DNA of 64,000 bases from Hypanus sabinus (lineage: Eukaryota): NCBI RefSeq assembly GCF_030144855.1, contig NC_082713.1, positions 134,602,001-134,666,000 of the forward strand, read 5' to 3'. The notes below the pieces were generated by a model, which saw only the letters and a program-made list of their open reading frames with translations, did not search any database and had not been told where the DNA came from. Positions 51,781 through 64,000 of the stretch are shown here, in pieces (the stretch's first letter is position 1; each line of letters begins with the position of its first letter). The position numbers and the translations under genes were made by a program.

Positions 51781-53509
51781 CAACAGAGGGCCTTAAGATA
51801 AAGCAAACTATTTTTGACAAATGCTAACAATTTAATATATCCATTATCTCTTAATTCACAGTACATAAAACCCCAATAAAATCAGTGGGGTTGTGGATCT
51901 TATGTCAGGTCTGATCAGTACAATTTCCATGAGGCAATTCCTCCCCCATACTATAAAATGCCAATGAGCCCCAACAAGACTAGCTCTGCCTATTGACTAC
52001 ATGTGTTCTGTAGTGTTGAAGAATAATGATAAAATTAGCAACCCCCATCTGCCATAAATCTGTTATCAAGTCCCAACCTCAAAGTGCTTCAGCCAGATTT
52101 TGGGACTCTTCACTTGGAATGACTGGATGCCAGCTGTTCCATTTAGAACTGCCAGCCACCAACCAACAATGAAATCGACCATGCATCTTCCTTGAGGACA
52201 TTGCTCACATGCAGTGTGGTGGTTAATGGAGGAAGATGATGGATTGGAAATAGCTTTCTGGCACCCCGTCACATTCACGGTATTTATCCTTGCACGTGCC
52301 TCTGACCCCATCTGCCTCAAATTCATGCAGTTAACTTTGTGGAGTGTACTGGTATTATTAAGTTACCTTAGCATTTTGAATTCTCACTGTGTAAAGAGTG
52401 TTTTAGTAGCTGAAGCATTTTAAAGTAAATAATCATTATGTGCCAGCCGCTACTAGTGCGAGAATGTCTATTGTTCAGATACACAGAAATCAATTTCATA
52501 TTCCTACCTATAATAAGAAGAAAATAAATAGTTGAAAAGGAGGCCAGCCAAGGAATATTTATTTAAAATGTTATAAATTGAATTGTACTGGAAGGGCAGG
52601 TAATCTGCAATTGAGCAGCCCTGGCTGTTCAACACAGTTTTTCACAATGTATTAATGCATTCCTTAATATGTGCTGTTGGGCCAGGGTAGTAGAAGTGGG
52701 AAGGAGGACTTAATGTTATGCAAAGGAGGCATCCTTCTCACTAACACTAAACTAATTTTAAATCATTTAAATATTTTTGTCATTTTCTGCAGCACAGTTC
52801 ATGTCTCTTCAGACTGCAGTTTGTAATTATACGTATAGACTTACAAGCTTCTTTTAGCATGTCATGCCTTATTTATGCTTATAAATCTAGCCATTTGCTC
52901 TTAACATGAACTTAAGTGTCACCCACTTCTCAATCAACAATCATTTTTGCTGAACTCTGAAAGCTAAATATAAATCCAAACCTGTTCACAAGGTTAACTT
53001 TTGGAGTTGTCATACATCTATCTTTAAATTTGTGCACATCTTTTATTTCCTTTTCAAATATCCATCTGTCCACTCCACCTCTGGGATATGGAAATTTCTT
53101 CTCCCCCAAGCAATTATCATATTACAATTCTTCACAACATTTTCTACTTGCCTAAGCAATTAATTATCCACCTGTCTGCTGTGGACAGCTTCCAATTATT
53201 ACTCTGCTGACCTTATTATTACTAATTTCATCGAAATTGCTTCTGCCATCAATGCTCCTTTTATCTGTTATGTTATCCTTGTCTAATTATACCATTGTTC
53301 CTTGCTTTGCAGGTCTTTTTTATAGCTATTCAATGCACCCTCTCAAATATGCCTTGTTCATTTACAGCTCATATTCTCTGTGACACCAACACTGTCTGGT
53401 AAATGTGCTATTGCCATTGTTTCTTCATTATTGCAAATGCTTTCCCCTGATTCTCATCCTTCAATCTACTAATTATTATCCATCCCTTGCTCGTCAGCTT
53501 GAACAACAG

Positions 53510-54270
53510 TTCAAAGTTCAAAGTACACATTTGCTTGGGGGCATACCCAATAAATCCAATAACCATAACAGAATCAGTGAAAGACTGCATCCAACAGGAT
53601 GGACAGACAAACAATGTGCAACAGACAACTAACTGTGCAAATGCAAAAATAAAGGGAAAACGGCATTAACAATAATAATAATAATAAAACACAATGAATA
53701 TCAAGAACATGAGATGAAGAGTCCTTGAAAGTGAGTCCATAAGTTGAGGGAATAGTTTAATGATGGAAAAAGTGAAGTTCAGTGAAGTTATCCCCTCTGG
53801 TAAGCGGCTGATGGTTGAGGGTGGTAACTGTTTCTGAACCTGGTGGTACGAGTCCTGAGGGCAGCAGTGAGAAGAGAGCATGACATGGGTGGTACCCACA
53901 ATGCTTCGTGGAGATGTGCTTGATAGTGGGGAGGACTTCACCCATGATGGACTGCATCATGTCTGCTACTTATTGTAGTATTTTCCATTGAAGGGTGCTG
54001 GAGTTCCCATTCCAGGATGTGATGTAGCCAGTCAATATATTCTCCACCACACATCTGTAGAAGTTTGTCAAGGTTTTATATGTCATACTAAACCTTCTGA
54101 GGAAGTAGAGGTGCTACTGTGCATTCTTCATAATTGCACTTAGGTACTGGGCACAGGGCAGGTCCTCTGAAATAGTAACATTGAGGAATTTAAAGTTGCT
54201 GATCTTCTCCACCTCTAAATCCTCAGTGAGGACTGGCTCATGACATCTGTTGTCCTCCTCCTGAAGTCTT
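53510..54270 (-). mobile_element. Rex1/Babar-like 3' fragment
   Basis: ttcaaagttcaaag tail; ORF 53757-53960 (HPCHALFSLLPSG). Confidence 0.75.
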
Positions 54271-54539
54271 GAGATTTACTGAATACTATTTCCTGTTTGA
54301 AACTAATTTTCAATTATCCAATTTTTAGCACATTATCATACTAGTTCTATATATTTTTGCATTCAGTCTCCTCAACCAGAACACATTTTTCCAAAAGAGA
54401 GAGAGCAAAGGGAAGATAGTCCAGTGGAGTTATTATGCATTATGATCCAACTGCAACAATATTCACACAGATATATGAAAACATTAGAACATCAGAGGAA
54501 GGACATTAGAACAGGTGGTCACAGACTTGGTTGAAGATA

Positions 54540-54950
54540 ACACACACAAAATTCTGGTGGAACATAGTAGGTCAGGAAGCATCTGTAGAGAGGAATAAAA
54601 TGTTCATGTTTTGGGCTGAGAGGCTTCACTGGGATGGGAAATGAAGAGGAAAGAAGCCAGAATAAAAAGGTGGGGTGGGGAGGCAATACAGGCTGGAAGG
54701 TGATAGGCGGAGCTAGGTGAGAGGGAAGGTATGTGAGTGGAGAGGCAAGATAAAGTGAGAAGTTGGGTGGTGATAGGTGGAAAAGGTAAAGGGCTGCAAA
54801 AGAAGGAATCTGAGAGGAGAGTGAACCATGGGAGAAAGGGAAGTAGGAAGGACACCAGAGGGCAGTTATGGGCAGGTGAGGAGAAGTGAAGGAGTAAGTG
54901 AGGTGTCAGAATAAGTAATGGGGGTTGGAGGTTTGGAATGGGAGTATAGT
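54540..54950 (-). mobile_element. Penelope pseudo-LTR-derived element
   Basis: acacacacaaaattctggtggaac... is the reverse complement of the 36030-36075 end; purine-rich body. Confidence 0.65.
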
Positions 54951-54999
54951 TTGAAGAATAGTCCAATGGTTAAAGGCACAGATGCCAGGAGAGATTTAG

Positions 55000-55340
55000 G
55001 ACACAGTGGTACAGCTGGTAGAGTTGCTTCATCACTGCAACAGGAGACCCAGGTTCAATACTCACCTCTGTTAACACTTGTGCAGAGCTTGCACATTTTC
55101 CGTGACCAAATGATGCTATGGTTACCTTACACATCCCAAAGATGTGCGGGGTTGGTAGATTCATTTGTGCTACTGAGTTGGTGAATCAGAGTTGGGGGCG
55201 GCGGGGGGGGGGGGAGGTTGAGAAAGTGCTGATGAGAATGTGGGAGAATAACATGGGATTATTGTAGGTTAGTATAGATGTGTGGTTGGTGCAGACTTGG
55301 TGGGCTGAAGGGCCTTTTTCATGCTGTACCTCTCTACAAT
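55000..55340 (+). mobile_element. tRNA-derived SINE with a CR1-like 3' tail (HE1-like)
   Basis: Head cagtggtacagctggtagag and gacccaggttcaatac; core cacatcccaaagatgtgcgggttggtag; tail gactTggtgggctgaagggcc..tgctgtac shared with CR1 3' ends. Confidence 0.7.
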
Positions 55341-56975
55341 TCCAACTTTGAGAATTGTTAGAATGCTAAATTTAACAGGTTACAGTACTGTGTGAACTTA
55401 AAAAGGCAAAGTCAGTTGAGGCTATGGGAAGTGTTGCAGACTGGAATGAGAATAGGTTACTCATGAAATATAGATGTAGAAAAAGGCTTTGTTCCTGGTC
55501 CCAGCATTAGGATCAGTGCATGAATGAGAAGTTTGTGACAGAGAAGTAACTTCTCCTCTCTCTGCAATTTTTATTCAAACAACATTATCTTTCCTTTTCC
55601 TTTCATTTTGGAATTGTAGAAGAAAGAAAATAGATTCATATCTGTTAGTGTTATTCACCTGTCAAAGCAAATCGCAATTTTGCCATGGTTATTGTTGTTT
55701 ATTACCTATCTGATCTTTCCTTCTTTTTTGGATCACAGAAGATATCCCATCCCCTTCTTTTATTATTTCTGGGATAGAAACAACTATTGTTCATCCTGCA
55801 GTGCGACACCAAATTATGTTGGGCCAGAGTATCCCCAGACCAGTCAACTCCTTCTGTTTGCTTCCAGTGACGTCTACTGATGGAATACAGTGTACGGAAT
55901 GGTCTGGAATTCACAAGCTAGACCCTAGCCAGGGTATTCGGTGTCAACATCTCCTGACCATCCCAACAACCTTCTTCTGACCTTCCTAGACCTTGTGCTT
56001 TCGGAAGACCTTTCTAAACATCATTAGTGGTCAGGCACACAATAAACACCTGTGGAAGCAGTTATAAAACATGGAAGTGATTTAAAAATAAAAATAATAA
56101 ATCAAATGAATTTGTATTGTTTTAAGTAATGAAAGAGGGGAAAGTGAAGCCACATCTATTCTGCATTCAGGTCAGCAACGTCATCTGAGGAAGTGTTTCT
56201 GACCTGCCAGCTTGGTGTGTCGTGAAACAACCCCTGGGCTCAAGGCGTTTAGTAAAAGCTCAAAAGTTCTGGCACATGACCACCTATACCATTCTGCATT
56301 CTGATGCTGTGGTATCCAGGCTTGAGAATTTGGAAGAGCTGAGGAGCCCACTCAGCTGGCCTAATGCTAGACTTCAAAAAAACTGCAAGCCTCTGATTTG
56401 CAAGTCATCATCTCTAAAACTTGGTCTATCCTGTGTAGAGAAGGCCATGTTGCGAAGATGAGAACACAGTTCATGATATCGGAAGTGGAGGTGTATTGCC
56501 CTTTTACTTAGAAAGGTTACTTGGGTACTGAGAAGAAATGGAGGAGGTGAAAAGAATGATGTTGCATCTCCCACTGGAATTTAAGTTTAGTTAATTAAAT
56601 AAACTAGCAGTAGTAATGGTGACTTGCCATAAAAACTTCTCTGGGATATTGTAGATCAGCTTTTTTTTCACCTGATCTGCCAAATGTGTGATTTCAAATC
56701 CACAATCTCAATGTTTGATGATTAAATGGACCCTGAAGCGGTCTATCAAAGCCACAACAAAAATCTACTCAAGAGAATCACTGAATCAACCACAAAGCAA
56801 GAGACAGAGAAAGGCATATCCAATCTTCACCATTGCAACAATCTGGCATAGTCACACTCACAGAATTGGCCTTTCAGCTGATAGCATTGTCTTAATGCAG
56901 ATGACACAGCAGCCTATTGCAGGTTGTAAACAATACTGTTGCTAGATTATTTGGTCAGCTGCAAACCAACTAGAC

Positions 56976-58418
56976 CAGGGGTCGGCAACCTTTACCACTG
57001 AAAGAGCCATATGGACCCGTTTCCCACAGAAAAGAAAACACTGGGAGCCACAAAACCCGTTTGATATTTAAAATGAAATAACACTGCATACAAAGTTTTT
57101 TTTGCCTTTATGCTATGTATAATCAAACTATAATGTGTTGCATTTATGAAATCGATGAACTCTTGCAGAGAAAACAAAATTACATTTCTGCATGCAACAA
57201 AAACATTTTGAACTCCGATAAAAAGACATTGGGTTGAAGGTTACTTTTAAGTAAAATACTCAATGTCTATTTGAGTCCTTCTTGTATTTATGAAAAACGC
57301 CGAACTTAAATTGTCCACCAGCAGCAAACCAAAAATAATGTCAGCCAGCTGTCAACCAGAAAAATAAAAGGACTATTTCACTGAACCATAAAAAAATATG
57401 AATATATGTAAAATAATAGGCAATTAAAATATTTATCATACTTGGTTAATGGGATTTCTGCTCCGGGACCTCAGCGCACAGCGTCTGCACATCAGGGCTG
57501 TATGACGTCACCTTCATCTTTACACAGGATCACAAGCTGTCATCTGTGAGGCGTGCGCGATGTTTGTTTTTAATAAAGTTCATGTTGGAGAACACCTGCT
57601 CACATACATATATGGATCCAAAGATCGACAGGACTCAAAGCGCATACTTTTTAATGTTTACATAAATGTCGGGGGATAGCATTCCATGTTTCGAATATAA
57701 GTTTGCCCGGTCTGAGAAGGTTTTCAATATCACTCCATTTGCGATTTTGAACAAGAACGGCCTTCTGACGGGCAACATCTTCAAGGTCTGCTGTCAAGCA
57801 TCTAAACTTGGACACCCATTTGTCTTTGTCGGCTATGTCAGCCAGTTCCATCTCAAGATCAGGTTGACTCACACCTGCCAATGCAATCATATTCAGTAGG
57901 GATGGATCGATGCTTAGGGGAGTGGCGGGTGTCAGGCATTGGCAGTGGTGACATATATTAATAGCGATAAAAAACACGTTGTAGCGGTGTGCTACACGCA
58001 GAGCTAAAATAACGACTTGGAGTCGGTAAACTGCAGTCAAAGATAACTTTATTCAAACTAAACAGCCTTGCTTTTAAGCCTCCCTCAACCCGTCCCCCGC
58101 CCCCCCCCCCCCGTGGGTGCGGATGCTCCAAAAGACAAGTACTCACAAACCCCTGTAGGCTATCTCCCTTAGCCAGAATGCTGGCTAATTGTGAGCCGGT
58201 TCGGATGTGCCAGGAAATGGGTCGCCACAACATTTTATTTAGATTGTACAAGATCACCATAATCTTCAAATTTAGAATTACATTTCAAAAACTAACAAAC
58301 TAACATAAAATACATTTTAATTAAATACTCATCATTTATTTTCCAAAGCCACAGGGAGCCGCAGCACAGAGATGAAAGAGGCGCATGCGGCTCTGGAGCC
58401 ACGGGTTGCTGACCCCTG
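56976..58418 (-). mobile_element. Internally deleted hAT DNA transposon (Charlie/GTF2IRD2-like transposase C-terminus)
   Basis: TIRs caggggtcggcaacc / gggttgctgacccctg; perfect 8-bp TSD AACTAGAC at 56968 and 58419; ORF 57651-58040 followed by VLSIFGSIYVCEQVFSNMNFIKNKHRARLTD (hAT dimerisation motif). Confidence 0.92.
57980..58229 (-). mobile_element. 250-bp solo LTR inside the hAT element
   Basis: TGTAGCG...CGCCACA termini; minus-strand AATAAA (tttatt, about 58048); 4-bp TSD acgt / acat (one CpG transition). Confidence 0.7.
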
Positions 58419-58736
58419 AACTAGACTAAAGAAATGGAATCTCTTTTGGTTTGGCCACAGCTCATTTGGTAGCGGATCACATAACACATGGGCGGCCAAG
58501 GGCCTTTGCAGGTAAGTAATTACTTGACGCCATGCTTTTTTACATGTTCTTCTGACTCTTTGTTAGCCTTGTCCATTATTGAACAGTGACTGTCAGATTT
58601 TGCATCCATCTACAGCTGAAGTTAGGAAGGGGCACAGAGCCTGAAAGTTTATGAAAACAGTTATTCCAACACCCACTGGTAAGGCAGGTTTAACTTTTCT
58701 TCAGGATAGTACACATAGTTTCAGAATTGTAGATTT

Positions 58737-59752
58737 ATAACCACATAATATAGCCATATAACAATTATAGCACAGAAACAAGCCATCTCAGCCCTTCTAG
58801 TCAGTGCTGAACGTTAACTCTCACCTAGTCCCACTGACCCGCACTCAGCCCATAATCCTCCATTCCTTTCCTGTACATATACCTATCCAATTTTACTTTA
58901 AATGACAATACCAAACCTGCCTCTACCACTTTTACTGGAAGCTCGTTCCACACAGCTACCATTCTCTGAGTAAAGAAATTCCCCTTGTGTTACCCTTAAA
59001 CTTTTGCCCCCTAATTCTCAATTCATGTCCCCTTGTTTGAATCTCCCCTATTCTCAATGGAAAAAGCCTATCCACGTCAACTCTATCTATCCCCTTCATA
59101 ATTTTAAATACCTCTATCAAGTCCCTCCACAACCTACGCTCCAAAGAATAAAGACCTAACTTGTTCAACCTTTCTCTGTAACTTGGGTGCTGATACCCAG
59201 GTAACATTCTAGTAAATCTCCTCTGTACTCTCTCTATTTTGTTGATATCTTTCCTATAATTCGGTGACCAGAACTGTACACAATACTCCAAATTCAGCCT
59301 TACCAATGCCTTGTACAATTTTAACATTACATCCCAACTCCTATACTCAATGCTCTGATTTATAAAGGCCAGCATACCAAAAGCTTTCTTCACCACCCTA
59401 TCCACATGAGATCCCACCTTCAGGGAATTATGCACCATTATTCCTAGATCACTCTGTTCTACTGCATTCCTCAATGCCCTACCATTTACCATGTATGTCC
59501 TATTTGGATTATTCCTACCAAAATGTAGCACCTCACACTTATCAGTATTAAACTCCATCTGCGATCGTTCAGCCCACTCTTCTAACTGGCCTAAATCTCT
59601 CTGCAAGCTTTGAAACCCTACTTCATTATCCACAACACCACCTACCTTAGTATCATCTGCATACTTACTAATCCAATTTACCACCCCATCATCCAGATCA
59701 TTAATGTATATATCAAACAACATTGGACCCAGTACAGATCCCTGAGGCACAC
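58737..59752 (-). mobile_element. Young CR1 LINE, 5'-truncated, RT C-terminal half open
   Basis: ORF 58956-59750 (264 aa) PQGSVLGP..KYADDTK..LEYCVQFWSP..TRGHEL; ATATGG-type tail. Confidence 0.93.
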
Positions 59753-59892
59753 CTGAAAGGGCACTTCCTGAAATACAAATATTTCACACATACGCTTAGG
59801 TGTATGCACACAATAAGGTCTGAAAAACGCACAGGTTTGTGGTGATGAATATAAAATAATATTCACTTGCAGCGAATCTAACATGTTTCATA

Positions 59893-60240
59893 AGACTATA
59901 AGATATAGGAGCAGAATTAGGCCATTTCGCCTGCCAAGTCAGCTCCACCTTTTGATCATGGCTGATTTATTTTCCTCTCAACCCCTTTCTCCTGTCTTCT
60001 CCCCATAACCTTTGACACCCTTGCTACTTAACAACCCAGCAACCTTGGCTTTAAATGTACCCGATGACTTGGCCTCCACAGTCACCTGCGGCAACTAATT
60101 CCACTGATTCACCACCTCTGGCTAAAGAAATTCCTCCTGCTCTGTGTTCCGAAGGAACGTCCTTCTATTCTGAAGCTGTTCCTTCCAGTCCTTGACTCTC
60201 CCATAATGGAAACATCCTCTCTATCCAGGCCTTTCAATCC
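59893..60240 (-). mobile_element. CR1 3' fragment
   Basis: Tail ataagactataagatataggagcagaattagg, as at 26436. Confidence 0.75.
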
Positions 60241-60269
60241 CTTGGCTTATAATGACACCGACTCTGAAA

Positions 60270-60650
60270 TAGGAATTGGCTTATTATTGTCTCATGTACA
60301 GAGATGTAGGGAAATGCTTGTCTTGCATACTGTTCATATAGTTCAAATGTTATACAGTGCTTTGAGGTAGAAGGTGGTAAAAGAATAAAATGCAGAATAA
60401 AATGTAACTGCTACAGAGAAAGTGCAGTGCAGGCAAACATTAAGGTGTAAGATCATAACAAGTTAGACTGTGAGCTCAAGTCCATGCTACTGTACTATTG
60501 ATAGTCTTATTTCAGCAGGATAGAAGCTGTCCTTTAGCCTGGTGGTATGTTCTTTCACGTTTTGGTATCTTCTGCCTGATGGGAAAGGTATGGAGAGAGA
60601 ATGCCTGGGGTGGGTGGAATCTTTGATCAGGCTGGCCAATATCACCAGCA
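60270..60650 (-). mobile_element. Rex1/Babar-like 3' fragment
   Basis: aattggcttattattgtc tail; gaagctgtcctttagcctggtgg and tcttctgcctgatgg motifs. Confidence 0.7.
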
Positions 60651-60654
60651 CTAA

Positions 60655-63600
60655 GGCCCTTAGAAGAGGTCCTGCAAAGAGAGTTTAGAGAGTTAGGTGC
60701 AAAGATGAAGGACAGGATGTCCAGGGTTGCAATCTCAGCATTGCTACCCATGCCACATGCTAGTGAGGCTAGAAATAGAAAGATAATGCAACTAAATATG
60801 TGGCTAAGGAGATGGTGCAGGAGGGAGGGCTTCATGTTTATGGACAATTGAGCTTTGTTCCAGGGAAGGTGGGACGGTGGGACGGTTTGCACCTGAACTG
60901 GAGGGGGACTAACATTCTTGCGGGTGGATTTGCTAGTGCTGCTCCGGGGGGTTTAAACTAGATTTGCAGGGGGATGGGGGAACCAGAGTGTTACAGCAGA
61001 TAGCGAGGTGGAGGAGGTTAAAGGTCATGCAAGGACTGCATGTATAGACAGAGATCAAAGGTTTGTATGTGATAGAGATGTTCTCAGATGCATTTATTTC
61101 AATGCAAGGAGTATTGCAGGCGAGGCAAATGAGTTTAGGGCGTAGATTAGCACGTGGGATTACAACATTATTGCTATTAGTGAGACTTGGTTGCAGGAGG
61201 GGCAGATCTAGCAGCTTAATGATCTCGGTTTCCGTTGTTTCAGACGTGATAGAGGGGGGAGGGATGAAAGGGGGAGGAGTGGCATTATTAATCAGGGAAA
61301 ATATTACAGCTGTGCATAGACAGGACAGCCCGGAGGGCTTGTCTACAGAGGCCGTATGGGTGGAGCTGAGGAATGGGACTGGTGTGACCACACTAATAGG
61401 GTTGTATTATCGACCGCCCAATAGTCAGAGAGAATTGGAGCAGCAAATCTGTAGAGAGATAGCAGATCGATGTAAGAAACAGAGAGTTGTAATAACAGGG
61501 GATTTTAACCTTCCGCATATTGACTGGGATTCCCACACTGTGAAAGGGCTGGATGACTTGGAGTTTGTCAAATGTGTTCAGGAAAGTTTTCTAAATCAAT
61601 ATATAGAGGTACCTATGAGAGAGGATGCAATACTTTATCTCCTATTAAGGAACCAGACAGGTCAGGTGACAGAAATATTTGTAGGCAAACATTTTGGGTC
61701 CAGTAACCATAATGTCATTAGTTTCAAGTTAATTATTTATAAGGGTAGGTCTGGTATTTAAAATTATGAGGGGGATAGATAGAGTTGATGTGTATAGGCT
61801 TTTTCTATTGAGAGTAGGGGAGATTCAAACAAGACGACATGAGTTGAGAGTTAGCAGGCAAAAGTTTAAGGGTAACATGAGGAGGAATTTCTTTACTCAG
61901 AGTGGTAGCTGTGTGGAATGAGCTTCCAGTAGAAGTGGTAGAGGCAGGTTCGGTATTGTCATTTAAAGTAAAATTGGATAGGTATATGGACAGGAAAGGA
62001 ATGGAGGGTTATGGGCTGAGTGCGGGCCAGTGAGACTAGGTGAGAGTAAGTGCTCAGCAAGGACTAGAAGGGCCGAGATGGCCTGTTTCCGTGCTGTAAT
62101 TGTTATATGGTTATATGGTCCTCAAGTTGAGGTTTCAAATTGGACTGGAGCCTCACAAGATGGGGAGATAAAACAGATTTTGTTTGCATCAGTATTTACT
62201 CAGGAAACCAGCATAGCGTATATGGAAAGAAGGGGAACAAGCAGTAGTGTCATGGAACATATAGAGATTAAAGAGGAGGAGGTGCTTGCTGCCTTACAGC
62301 GAATAAAGGTAGATAAATCCCCAGGGGCCTAACATGATATTTCCTAGACCTTGAGAGAGACTAGTGTAGAAATTGCAGGGGCCTGGCAGAAATATTTAAA
62401 ATGTCCTTAGCCACGGGTGCAGTGCCGGAGGATTGGAGGGTAGCTCATGTCGTTCCGTTGTTTAAAAAAGGCTCCAAAAGTAAACCGGGTAATTACAGGC
62501 TGGTGAGCCTGACATCAGTAGTTGGTAAATTATTGGAAGGTGTTCTGAGAGATCGGATATAATAATATTTGGACTGCCAAGGGCTGATTAAGGATAGTCA
62601 GCATGGCTTTGTGTGTGGTAGATCGTGTTTAACGAATCTTGTAGAGTTTCTCAATGAGATTACCAAGAATGTAGATGAAGGAAAGGCTGTGGATGTTGTC
62701 TTCATGGACTTTAGTAAGGTCTTTGACAAAGTCCCACATGGGAGGTTAGTTCAGAAGGTTCAGACACGAGGTACCATGGAGCGGTTGTAAACTGGATTCA
62801 AAATTGGCTGTGTGGGAGAAGACAGAGAGTGGTAGTGGATGATTGCTTCTCAGACTGGAGGCCTGTGACTAGTGGTGTGCCTCAGGGATCTGTGCTGGGA
62901 CCATTGTTGTTTGTTGTCTATGTCAATGATCTAGATGATAATGTGCTAAATTGGAACAGCAAGTTTGCTGATGACACTAAGATTGGAGGCATTGTGGACA
63001 GCGAGGAAGGCTTTCAAAGCTTGCAGAGGGATCTGGACCAACTGGAAAAATGAACCAGAAATTGGCAGATGGAATTTAATACAGACAATTGTAAGGTGTT
63101 GTATTTTGGAAGGACAAATCAAGGTAGGACATACACAGCAAATGGTAGGGCACTGAGGAGTGTAGAGGAACAAAGGGATCTGGGAGTTCAGATACATAAT
63201 TCCCTGAAAGTGGCATCACAGGTAGACAGGGTTGTAAAGAAGGCTTTTGGCATCAATATTAAGTATAGGAGTTGGGATGTTATGGTGAGACCAAATTTGG
63301 AGTATTGTGTACAGTTCTGGACACCCAAATATAGGAAGGATATCAGTACAATTGAAAGAGTGCAGAGAAGATTTACTAGGATGTTGCCGGGCCTTCAGGA
63401 GTTGAGTTACAGGGAAAGATTAGGAAAGTAACAGGTTAGGACTTTATTCCTTGGAGCGTAGAAGAATGAAGGGGTATTTGATAGAGGTTTACAAAATTAT
63501 GAGGGGTATAGACAGAGTAAATGCGAATAAGCTCTTTCCAATAAATATGAAAGGACATGGCTTTAGGATGAAAAGGGGAAGGTTTGGGGGAACATTGGAG

Positions 63601-63831
63601 GGATCTTCTTCACTCAGAGAGTGGTCCGAGTGTGGAACAAGCTGCCATCTGACACGATAAATGTGGTCTCACTCTTAAGTTTTAAGAATAAATCAGATAG
63701 ATACATGGATGGGAGGGGTCTGGAGGTTTATGGACTGGGTGCAGGTCAATGGGACTAGCGGAATAAAGTTTCGGCACAGACTAGAAGGGCTGAATGGCCT
63801 GTTTTCTGTGCTGTAGTGTTCCATGGTTCTA
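60655..63831 (+). mobile_element. CR1 LINE (ORF1 end, APE endonuclease, RT, 3' tail), decayed and internally deleted
   Basis: ORF 61063-61761 (GGGVALLI, YYRPPN, GDFN); 62569-62790, 62829-63053 (KFADDTK), 63069-63431, 63451-63660; tail gtgttccatggttcta. Confidence 0.92.
61756..62119 (+). mobile_element. CR1 3' fragment nested in the CR1 endonuclease region
   Basis: Same family as 58737-59752 (gttatatggttatatgg tail); inserted into host tctggt|cctcaag with TGGT on both sides. Confidence 0.85.
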
Positions 63832-64000
63832 GTTATTCTCAGTCAGTTGCATTTGGCTTGCCATGTTGTCTGCACAACAGACAACAGATTCTCTGAACCG
63901 GCTCACTATTCCATGCTTTGTAATGGGAGAGCATTATCAGATGGACAGAGAAAAAGATACAAAGTCATATTAAAATCTACCTTGAAGAAATGCAACGTGC

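Noticed and set aside
50826-51866. ORFs of 151 aa and 158 aa as novel genes
   Set aside because: They are antisense readings across CR1 and RTE-like repeats with no domain signature.
55000-55075. tRNA genes here and at 38450, 34718 and 30060-30132
   Set aside because: These are decayed SINE heads followed by SINE cores, with no complete cloverleaf.
1-64000. CRISPR array or prokaryotic system
   Set aside because: No regularly spaced direct repeats or operon-like ORFs; the sequence is vertebrate repeat-rich DNA.

Overview
Repeat-dense vertebrate genomic DNA. The repeat repertoire (CR1, Rex1/Babar, L1-clade, Penelope-like, tRNA-derived SINEs, Gypsy, hAT) suggests a cartilaginous fish, but that is an inference. 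I found no intact host protein-coding gene, rRNA, true tRNA gene or CRISPR array; most listed ORFs are pieces of decayed retroelements or chance ORFs. The standout structure is at 20243-24462: a Sushi/chromovirus-type Ty3/Gypsy element with gag, a GGGAAAC frameshift site, a DSG protease and the pol segment just before RT. Its RT-RNaseH-integrase region is replaced by an intronless, decayed cDNA of the deubiquitinase USP35 (probable 5'UTR, start codon, Cys box and most of the USP domain). The element then resumes with its chromodomain end, polypurine tract and 3' LTR. This architecture fits host-mRNA capture by template switching. Other points: two Mag-like Gypsy copies of one family, multi-layer nested insertions, a Penelope GIY-YIG end with a decayed minimal hammerhead ribozyme, an hAT element containing a solo LTR, a Vingi-like LINE tail, and MITEs and solo LTRs with readable target-site duplications (TSDs). 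Family assignments come from recalled motifs, not database searches. Boundaries of decayed repeats are approximate.
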